In this document: piece by piece, positions 17,062 through 25,010 of the stretch
Numbering within the stretch: position 1 is the stretch's first letter
Layout: each line of letters opens with the position of its first letter
IMG/VR virus record: IMGVR_UViG_3300045971_000277
Span: 1 to 31,180 of that record
DNA length: 31,180 nucleotides
From: a virus
Direction: 5' to 3' (one strand)
Position numbers and translations under genes: made by a program
The notes under the pieces: model-generated
What the model saw: the letters and a program-made list of their open reading frames with translations, nothing else
Told to the model about the DNA's origin: nothing
The model's database searches: none

Positions 17062-19111
17062 TCTCAACATAGGTAATTACGAGAATAACGACGAGAGTAT
17101 AGATGACTTCTTACTCAATTTCTCGCTCCGTGTCCAGCAAGCTACCCGTATCGCGCCTGCGCCGGAAGAGAAAGACGAAGACTTAAAGTGGGTACGTGAG
17201 CCAGCGCCGAACGCAATCCAGTGGACCGTAGGCCGCAATTGGCTCAACAACCCATCGACGTATAAGTATCAGCGCCAGTATCAAGTCATCCGCGATTTCT
17301 TCGAACTGTATTGCCCGATCTGCAATCCACTAGACCACGAGTCTCGTGATTGCTGGGGCAAGACGCAGATGTATCTCGAGGATGAGGTACTGCTGGAGTG
17401 GAACCCGGCTGAACGCGACGACGTATGCCCAAAGTGCCGGTCGACTCGTAAAGAGTTCGTCGACGATGGCATGTTCAATAACTACAACCAGTTGCACGGT
17501 GTGGTCGGCATGAGAGGTGGCAAGACTGCCACGACCTCTATCATCGCTACGTATTTCGAACATCGCCTCTATAATATCCACTACGAGACTGAGGGTGGTA
17601 TATCGATTGCGCTCCAGCAGCTGCCGGGCCAGCCGTTCGACGTTACTTTCATCGCCTCGTCTGACATCCAGTCGCAAGATACGATTTGGGCTCACTATAT
17701 AGCGCGTCGCCGCCAATCACCGTGGCTGCAGCGTTATATATCGTGGATTAAGAAAGGTGAAGCAGCTGCGCCTAAACTACCTGGGGTCAAGTCCAATGTA
17801 TATGAAGAGCTAGAAAAGTCGATTACGAACGGCCATTTGAACGTAACGTTCGGGTCAATGAATAGTAACTCGTCCGGTCTAGCTGGGCGTACTCGCCTTG
17901 CTGCATTTATCGACGAATTATCGCGCTTCCAAAATACCGAATCGCGTATGTCAGCCGATGAAGCTTACCGCGTTCTTGAAAACTCGCTCGCTACGGTACG
18001 GACAATGGCGGCCAAGTCTGGCCTGCCGTCCTACCTTGGCCTGATGGGCTCGATTTCATCGCCGATCTCGATCGAAGACAAGGCAATGCGGCTGTGGTTC
18101 CAGTCGCCCGATATTAAGCGCATGTATGCGTTTAAATATCCGACGTGGCTGTTCAATCCATTCATCACCCGAGCCGATCTTGATGACGCGTTTATTAAGG
18201 ACTATGTAGGTGCGAAGCGCGACTTCGGCGCGGATCCGCCGGCCGCCACGTCTCCGCTGATCGAGGATGAAGAGCATTTTAGACGGCAGACGATTGCGCC
18301 AGACTTAAAGCCGACGACGCGAATCGAGTACTACGTCAAGACAGACAAGGTGGGTAACCAGTATAAGGCGGCCCGCGCATTGTCGACCGACTTTGACTCG
18401 CAGGTTGAACGCTTCGTCGTGTTTGACGCTGGCCTGACGTTCGACACGTTCGCTGGCGCCGCTGCCCATGGTGAGTGGGTTGAGACCGAGGAAGGTCCGG
18501 TCTGGATGACGATTTTCGATTGGATTCTACGGGTGCTACCAGAGAAACATCCAGTCCGTATGGATGTGTGGTTTGATTCTGTCCTAGACATCATTAAGAT
18601 ACATAAAGTAAAGCAACGAATCGCACGGGTTGAGTTTGACCGATGGAACTCAGCCCATCTGATCCAAAGCATCCGCGATATGTCAGTACCAGCTGAGCAT
18701 AAGGGTACGGTCGTCACGGACTTCGTTAAGTTCGTGGCCGATGCTAATATGGGTAAGGTGCGCCTACTACCACCGCTCGAGGATGACCATAAGGTCGAGC
18801 CACACCTGATGAGTCCAGCCGGTACCGTGTTCTATGAAATGGCCCGGATGGAGCGGTCGCCGGACTTGCGTAAAATCTTTAACCCGAAGAAGGGTGAGCG
18901 GATCGGCTGGAACTCAGACGACGTCGCACAGTGCGTCGTCCATGCCCACCGTATGGTGCAGGAGGTTATTGCTGTGGACCAGCACGGTGCCCATAATTCT
19001 CCAGAGATGCGCCTGCGTAACGAAACCGTGGGTGGGGCATCGTGGGCACGTGGCAGGGGTGGTGGCCGGGTCTTTGTACCTAAACAGAATATAGGAACGC
19101 GAGGTTGGTGA
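17048..19111 (+). CDS. terL: terminase large subunit
   Basis: Walker A GMRGGKT, Walker B AAFIDE, coupling motif ISS, RNase H-like nuclease acids FDAG, FDRWNS and SDDVA; N-terminal CPIC/CPKC Zn insertion. Confidence 0.93.
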   Translation: MAANNLNIGNYENNDESIDDFLLNFSLRVQQATRIAPAPEEKDEDLKWVREPAPNAIQWTVGRNWLNNPSTYKYQRQYQVIRDFFELYCPICNPLDHESRDCWGKTQMYLEDEVLLEWNPAERDDVCPKCRSTRKEFVDDGMFNNYNQLHGVVGMRGGKTATTSIIATYFEHRLYNIHYETEGGISIALQQLPGQPFDVTFIASSDIQSQDTIWAHYIARRRQSPWLQRYISWIKKGEAAAPKLPGVKSNVYEELEKSITNGHLNVTFGSMNSNSSGLAGRTRLAAFIDELSRFQNTESRMSADEAYRVLENSLATVRTMAAKSGLPSYLGLMGSISSPISIEDKAMRLWFQSPDIKRMYAFKYPTWLFNPFITRADLDDAFIKDYVGAKRDFGADPPAATSPLIEDEEHFRRQTIAPDLKPTTRIEYYVKTDKVGNQYKAARALSTDFDSQVERFVVFDAGLTFDTFAGAAAHGEWVETEEGPVWMTIFDWILRVLPEKHPVRMDVWFDSVLDIIKIHKVKQRIARVEFDRWNSAHLIQSIRDMSVPAEHKGTVVTDFVKFVADANMGKVRLLPPLEDDHKVEPHLMSPAGTVFYEMARMERSPDLRKIFNPKKGERIGWNSDDVAQCVVHAHRMVQEVIAVDQHGAHNSPEMRLRNETVGGASWARGRGGGRVFVPKQNIGTRGW

Positions 19112-21207
19112 TGCGGCCGTACTACATTAGGCGTGCTGCCGTTGACATCGTCACGGAGCCAGAAGCAAAATCGACGCAGCCGTCGGGTAAGCTATCGCCC
19201 GAGACAGAGTATCCAGCGGGTGAGCAGTCGTCGTCGCAGTCCGGCGCCCCGTCTACAATGAAGGGCCTGCCACTGGTCGCGGAGTCTGACACGATAACAT
19301 TAGCCGATGTGGTGCGGATGGCCGAGATTGGTCAGGACTTAGATGACCTGACGACATCGCCGCCACCGCAGGGCGATTCCAAGATGACGTCAGTCCACAA
19401 TCAGGGTGATTCATATACGAATGACAACACGGGCGAAGGCACGATCCACATGGGCGCGATCGGGTCGAAGCCGTCGACGTATCCACCGCATTCGTCCGGC
19501 GACGGTCCGCTAGGTGAGCGGTTCGACGACACCGACGACATTATCGTGCACGCCACGGTCGGCACTGGTCGGGATCCGTATCGGGTTGGGTCGCTGTATT
19601 CATATAACGAACTGATACCGCAGCACCAGCATGAAGTTGATATTAACTGGAAGCGCCGCCGTGGCCGCCACTTCATGTGGTTACGTACATCGATGCGCCT
19701 GCCGGAGTTGCTATCAGAGTCACGTGAATGGTACGACAAGAACCGCGATAGCAAGTGGAAGATTGCGGATCGCGAGCGTGTCGTTGATCTAGCCGAAGTC
19801 TTCATGAAAGGTGCGACCGTCACACCGCTGTTGGTGTCACCCGTAGGTGAGGTCAACGGTGGGCTATGGGAAGGCTACCACAGGCTGAACGCACTTGATA
19901 TATTGGCGGCCCAGTCTGTACCGGTGCTGATGAAGGTTGACCTGCGTGACACCGACTGGAAGATCAAGCTAGCCGATGAGCAGCGTGAGCCGTGGGTCGC
20001 GGTTGACCTTGACGGCACCATATTGAACGAGGGGCCACACGAGGGCGACGGACGGCCTCCGCTGGGTGAGCCGTTCCCGGGTGCCAAGGAAGTCCTACAG
20101 AGCTTCATGGATCAAGGTTACCGCGTATCGATCTGGACTGCACGTCAGTATTTCGAAGACGACGACAGCGAAGGCGCTGAATGGCAGGCCGAGATTGATA
20201 AGCACCTCAAGTATCACCAAATCCCGTATAGTGACATCTACGTCGGCAAGAAGCCACCTGCGGACGCCTTTATTGACAACAAGGCTATACATTTCGATGG
20301 TAGTTGGCCCGATATGGCCAAGCAGACCGAGATGATGCTGCGCCAGGGTCACATCCGGATGATGGCGAAGAAGCACACTGGATGTTTCATTGGTCTGACG
20401 GTACCGGCGAAGGCCGCGAGTGCTCTGGCGGTCGAAGGCGGCGAGTCCGCTGATAGTATGCACGTCACGATGTTTTATCAGAAGGGCGTGACGGACGAAG
20501 AGGCGGCCAAGATAGAAGAAATTTGGACTGAACTATGGGATCAGTATCGGCCGCTACGGATCAAGCTAAGCAAGACTGATGTATTTGATGCGAGTGAGCA
20601 TTCGGACAATAAGGAAGTCTTAATCTGCCCGATTGACAGCGATGATATTCAAGAGCTGCACTCAACGCTGTTGGAGCGTATCGAGTCGGCCGGAATCGAG
20701 CTGCGACAGAGCTTCCCCGACTATAAGCCGCATGTGACGCTAAAGTATTTAGATGATGGTGAAGAGTATCCGGATCACATTGATCATGTTAGCTTTGAAA
20801 TCGATCAATATGAGTTTGATCCAGGTAGTGGTGTCGAGAAGGAAGCCCATGACGGCACCTTCTCGATATCGGACGACGCGGCAGATTCGTATACCGATGT
20901 TGACGGTTCCCGTGGCGACCTGTCGGTTGATCGGGCTCCGTCGACCGAACATCTGAAGCGTGGGGCGGTGGAGTTTAAGTGGCTGAAGACCGAGGGAATA
21001 AACAAATCATACATCTGCATGGTAGGTGATGAAAGGGTTGGATACGCTACCGGAGCAAGGCTGTTAGGCCAGATGGAAAATAAGCCGTGGGCTGCATATA
21101 AGATAGTAAAGGGATGCGAGATATTTATTGGTCACTACGCTACGGTATTCAAGGGTGGCGACCGTGGTGCCGCGCATGCAATTGAGGCGACATACACGAA
21201 GCGCTAG
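19111..21207 (+). CDS. multi-enzyme protein: ParB/Srx-like + HAD phosphatase + 2H phosphoesterase (Acb1/LigT-like) + small C-terminal domain
   Basis: TGATG overlap with terL and GAGG RBS; LWEGYHRL (ParB-like); VAVDLDGT, WTAR, KPPADAFID (HAD); MHVTMFY and YKPHVTLKY (two HxT motifs). Confidence 0.85.
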   Translation: MRPYYIRRAAVDIVTEPEAKSTQPSGKLSPETEYPAGEQSSSQSGAPSTMKGLPLVAESDTITLADVVRMAEIGQDLDDLTTSPPPQGDSKMTSVHNQGDSYTNDNTGEGTIHMGAIGSKPSTYPPHSSGDGPLGERFDDTDDIIVHATVGTGRDPYRVGSLYSYNELIPQHQHEVDINWKRRRGRHFMWLRTSMRLPELLSESREWYDKNRDSKWKIADRERVVDLAEVFMKGATVTPLLVSPVGEVNGGLWEGYHRLNALDILAAQSVPVLMKVDLRDTDWKIKLADEQREPWVAVDLDGTILNEGPHEGDGRPPLGEPFPGAKEVLQSFMDQGYRVSIWTARQYFEDDDSEGAEWQAEIDKHLKYHQIPYSDIYVGKKPPADAFIDNKAIHFDGSWPDMAKQTEMMLRQGHIRMMAKKHTGCFIGLTVPAKAASALAVEGGESADSMHVTMFYQKGVTDEEAAKIEEIWTELWDQYRPLRIKLSKTDVFDASEHSDNKEVLICPIDSDDIQELHSTLLERIESAGIELRQSFPDYKPHVTLKYLDDGEEYPDHIDHVSFEIDQYEFDPGSGVEKEAHDGTFSISDDAADSYTDVDGSRGDLSVDRAPSTEHLKRGAVEFKWLKTEGINKSYICMVGDERVGYATGARLLGQMENKPWAAYKIVKGCEIFIGHYATVFKGGDRGAAHAIEATYTKR

Positions 21208-21255
21208 TCCACATATTATTACGAAATAGGGTCACCAACCTATTATTAAGGTAGC

Positions 21256-24200
21256 ATGAGCATCGAGATTTTTGGATCGTATGGCAACCCGCGCCAGCAG
21301 GCAGCGAAGCCCAGCAATATGCCGGGTGGTCTAACGGCGACGCAGACGGAGCAATTGGCATCGCGTTTTGAAACAATGATGCCAAGCATCACGTCTGGTG
21401 CGGCCGATCCTAGCCGGATTCAGAAGCTATTCACCGACACCCTACCGAAGGGTGCCAATTGGGATCCGCGTACGTCCAAGACTGCCCAGATGGGATCTAA
21501 CATCTCTGGTATGGGTGGCAGTAGCGGCGGCAAGACAATGATGACGAACCAACGGCCTTACCAGCCTGAGTTCGAATGTTACCTACATGGGACTACATTG
21601 TCGTACATGGACGGCACTACAGTCGAAATCCAAAATGCTAAAGTAGGCGATAAAGTTTTGGATAAGCTTGGACATATCCAAACCGTTGAACGCTGGTGGT
21701 GTAGTGGTAATCCAGAAGAATTAATGGAAATTATGTTGTGGGGTGGAGTGAAGTTATACTCTACTACCAACCATAATCACCATGTATTTAAGATGCCGCG
21801 TGAATGTCCGACGGGCTGCGGACTACAGCACTTCCACAATAAACGATACGGGGCGCAGCATTTTGGTGGCGTCGGCACGAATCAAGTGACGATGCCGAAG
21901 CAGTATTTCAAGATTGAAAAGCTACCGGCTGGCGAGATAGTGCAGGGTGATTATCTCATGATGCCGCGTAAGTTTGACGAAATCGAGACGGATGTAACGC
22001 CAGATCGAGCCCGTCTTCTTGGCTATTATATAGCAGAAGGTGATGCGGCAGGCGGCAATGGCATTCAATTTACCTTTGGTTCGCATGAATTAGATACACT
22101 AGTAAAAGATACCGTAGCGATTCTAAGCTCTGAGTTTAATGTGGCTGCGGGGATGTCTGATCGTCGGACGCACGCGAGGCCAGCAAACGCCATAACGATT
22201 AGAAGCTCTACTACCAGCGCACGAGCTGCTGCGGAATGGTTTATACGACACGGTGGCCAATATTGTTATACGAAGCGGCTGTCGGCTGATGTGATGCGAT
22301 GGCCGCTTGTCTTGAAGGAAGAGTTAGTGCGTGGCATGTATCGTGGCGATGGCAGCCAGTTCTATGTCAAAACCGAGAAGGATGGCTACGTCAGCTACAG
22401 ATTCGATTGTACTTATACGACGACGTCAAAGCAACTTGCGTCACAGCTACAGTTAGTACTGGCCCAGCTTGGCATTTTTGCTAAGATTAAACATAAGAAG
22501 GCTAAAAAGCGTGAGACTGGCATCAATGAATCAGATTGTTATGTTCTTATATCGCGCGCCGATCATGGTGGCAGGCTTGCCGACTTAGTATGGGGCGAGG
22601 ATTCGCTATTTAAGTCGGACTCGTCTGCGCCGACTGAATCACACTACTTAGTTGATGCCGATTACATTTACATAGAAGTAAAGTCGGCTAAGGTCGTTCA
22701 GAATGATCAACCCGTATATAACTTAACGGTATCGGGCGATCACTCATATCTTGTCTACAATGTAGGCACATATAACTCGCCCGACCGCCAACAGTATCCG
22801 GTCCACCGCATCCTAGCCAATCGATACTGGCGCCTGTTCTATAAGATGGACCCGGTCATCGGCAACTGCATCGACATGTACGGCGACATGCCGTGGTCGC
22901 CGTTTAAGCTGACCGGTCCAGGCGTCGAGGGCTCCATCCTAAATACGATGGAGGCTACGGCCCAAGAGTCAGGGCTGATGCACACGCTACCGGCGATGAC
23001 GAAGGAATTCTTCATCACGGGCGAGGCAATTCCCCACCACTTCTTTGACGACGCCAAGGGGTATTGGACCTATATAGCCCTACACAATCCAGACCAGCTG
23101 GAAGTGATCGACGCGCCATTTATCAAGATGGACCCCATCATGGAGTTCGTGCCGGATGACCGGCTTCGGTCCATTATGGGCTCCAATCATCCAGCGCTGC
23201 GTAAGGTGCGAGATCAGATGCCGCCGCAGCTGCAGTCGCTGCTGCAGGCTCGTCAAAATATACCGCTATCCAACATCAACGCGACCTTTATCCCGCGTAA
23301 GCTACATCCGTACGATACGCGTGGTACATCAATCTTCTCCCGCCTCTGGCGTATCTTCATGTATGAGGACGCCATATTTAATGCGAGTATCCAGACGGCC
23401 CGTCGCCACGCTGGCCCGCTTAAGGTCGCCAAGTTAGGTAATGCACAGACCGGTTGGATCCCGGGCCCAGAGCACGAGGCAAAGCTCTTGCAGCTTCTGG
23501 CCCAGGCCGAGCTTGACCCGCATGCATGGCTCGTCTACCACTATGGTATCGCGTTCGAAACGGTCGGCACAACCGACCGTATGATGACGATTAACCGTGA
23601 ATGGGAAATCATCGAGCGTATCAAGTTGGTCGCGCTTGGCATCTCTAAGAGCTTCCTCACGGGCGAGGTAACATATGCATCAGCCGCTACCGGCTTGCAG
23701 GTCTTCTTGCAGCGTCTCAAAGCACTGCGCAATTTCTTTGAACAAAAGTACATTATCCCGAAGTTTTTCCTACCGCTTGCTGAAATTAATGGCTGGATTC
23801 GTCGATCGCCTGCTGAAATCCAACATCAGTTCCGCATTAAGCGAAGCCATCAAGAACTCCTAAATGAGCAGCGCTACATCGTACCCAAGATTGTGTGGGA
23901 GAAGTCGCTAGACCCAGCGATCGATCAGGCACTTGTGACCGCTATGCAGGCGCTCGAGAACATGGGAGTCAAGTTTAGCAAGACGACCAAGATGGCGACG
24001 GTCGGAATCGCGTTCGAAGAGGAAGCTCGCAAGATCGCTCAGGAAGAGCAATTTGAGCGCCAGTTCCTGCCGAAGCTCCCGTCACAGCAGCCGCCCGAAG
24101 GTGGCGGTGGAGGCGGGGGTGGCGTCGGTGGCATGTCGGGCGGTCCAGAGCCGATGCCCGCGCCGGGTAATGAGGGCGATACGTCGGGCGCGGAGCAGGC

Positions 24201-24801
24201 CGGTGGCGGCACAGCTGGCCCGCCCGGTCCAACGCCGGAACCGGCTGCACTCAAGACGCAGGCGGGCGAAGGCAAGAAGACTGATGAGGTTCAGTCGATC
24301 GAATCGCACGAGCCCGGGTACGCGGAGAACACTAAGCTACTTCGGTCTAAGATTTGGCGTGACAATCGCTACGGCAATTGGGACGCGGAAGAGGCCGAAG
24401 ATATTATTGAACTTCTACATACGGCCACCACTGATTCTCCGTTCTGGACTAAGCTGAGCAAGGATCCAGAGTTCATGGCGGCGCTCAAGTCGGAAGAGCC
24501 CGGCGCGGTGTGGCACGAGATGGAGAAGTATCTGACGAAGTGTGGCTATCCAGACCAAGATCAGGATGAGCTATACGATATCTTGGTGGCCGAGAATGTG
24601 ATGCCGAAGCGTGACCTAGAACATCTGCAGGAGATCGAAAAGCAGATGGAGGCTGAATTTGTCGGTAGCGATCCAAACCTGCTGGTCGGCGCGTCGACAG
24701 CAGCTACCGGCAATCTCAGTGGTGACATTACTGAACGCCTCATGAAGGCCCGCAAGGCCAATGCGAAGGCGACGAAGCCTAAGTCGAAGAAGAGGAAATA
24801 G
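21256..24801 (+). CDS. portal protein (intein-containing; ~781 aa after splicing)
   Basis: Lies between terL and the protease; RLFYKMDPVIGNCIDMY and RGTSIFSR..RRHAGPLKVAKLG segments resemble portals of large myoviruses; Gly/Pro-rich C-terminal extension. Confidence 0.85.
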   Translation: MSIEIFGSYGNPRQQAAKPSNMPGGLTATQTEQLASRFETMMPSITSGAADPSRIQKLFTDTLPKGANWDPRTSKTAQMGSNISGMGGSSGGKTMMTNQRPYQPEFECYLHGTTLSYMDGTTVEIQNAKVGDKVLDKLGHIQTVERWWCSGNPEELMEIMLWGGVKLYSTTNHNHHVFKMPRECPTGCGLQHFHNKRYGAQHFGGVGTNQVTMPKQYFKIEKLPAGEIVQGDYLMMPRKFDEIETDVTPDRARLLGYYIAEGDAAGGNGIQFTFGSHELDTLVKDTVAILSSEFNVAAGMSDRRTHARPANAITIRSSTTSARAAAEWFIRHGGQYCYTKRLSADVMRWPLVLKEELVRGMYRGDGSQFYVKTEKDGYVSYRFDCTYTTTSKQLASQLQLVLAQLGIFAKIKHKKAKKRETGINESDCYVLISRADHGGRLADLVWGEDSLFKSDSSAPTESHYLVDADYIYIEVKSAKVVQNDQPVYNLTVSGDHSYLVYNVGTYNSPDRQQYPVHRILANRYWRLFYKMDPVIGNCIDMYGDMPWSPFKLTGPGVEGSILNTMEATAQESGLMHTLPAMTKEFFITGEAIPHHFFDDAKGYWTYIALHNPDQLEVIDAPFIKMDPIMEFVPDDRLRSIMGSNHPALRKVRDQMPPQLQSLLQARQNIPLSNINATFIPRKLHPYDTRGTSIFSRLWRIFMYEDAIFNASIQTARRHAGPLKVAKLGNAQTGWIPGPEHEAKLLQLLAQAELDPHAWLVYHYGIAFETVGTTDRMMTINREWEIIERIKLVALGISKSFLTGEVTYASAATGLQVFLQRLKALRNFFEQKYIIPKFFLPLAEINGWIRRSPAEIQHQFRIKRSHQELLNEQRYIVPKIVWEKSLDPAIDQALVTAMQALENMGVKFSKTTKMATVGIAFEEEARKIAQEEQFERQFLPKLPSQQPPEGGGGGGGGVGGMSGGPEPMPAPGNEGDTSGAEQAGGGTAGPPGPTPEPAALKTQAGEGKKTDEVQSIESHEPGYAENTKLLRSKIWRDNRYGNWDAEEAEDIIELLHTATTDSPFWTKLSKDPEFMAALKSEEPGAVWHEMEKYLTKCGYPDQDQDELYDILVAENVMPKRDLEHLQEIEKQMEAEFVGSDPNLLVGASTAATGNLSGDITERLMKARKANAKATKPKSKKRK
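21577..22776 (+). mobile_element. intein with LAGLIDADG homing endonuclease (400 aa) in portal
   Basis: EFE|CYLHGT block A, TTNH block B, LLGYYIAEG and VRGMYRGDG LAGLIDADG helices, VYNLTV..HSY block F, TYN|S end; lower GC than the exteins. Confidence 0.93.
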
Positions 24802-24806
24802 GTAGT

Positions 24807-24830
24807 CTAGTAATATCTTTATATTACTAG
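24807..24830. other. AT-rich perfect 10-bp hairpin/palindrome after the portal stop
   Basis: CTAGTAATAT-CTTT-ATATTACTAG, followed by a second small hairpin GTGAAT-AGA-ATTCAC (24834-24848); no U-tract. Confidence 0.6.
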
Positions 24831-24887
24831 CGTGTGAATAGAATTCACTATCAAGGAAGGTCGCTCCGCACGTGTATCCGAGGCTCT

Positions 24888-25010
24888 ATGGGTTTTCATA
24901 AAACTGGACTTGCCACATCGTTAGGTATCGTAGAGCAGCCTAAGCAGGCTGAGAAGCCACCGGAGTCAGTTGAAAAGCCCCAACCGAAGCAAGCACAGCC
25001 GGTTAAATAA
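24888..25010 (+). CDS. 40-aa peptide coupled to the protease gene (not in ORF track)
   Basis: GAGG RBS; MGFHKTGLATSLGIVEQPKQAEKPPESVEKPQPKQAQPVK; TAATG overlap with the protease start. Confidence 0.7.
   Translation: MGFHKTGLATSLGIVEQPKQAEKPPESVEKPQPKQAQPVK

Noticed and set aside
20960-21207. Similarity of IGHYATV..AAHAIEATY to LGQYDND..AKEAALNHY in the 8208 protein
   Set aside because: Too short and degenerate to support homology without profile comparison.
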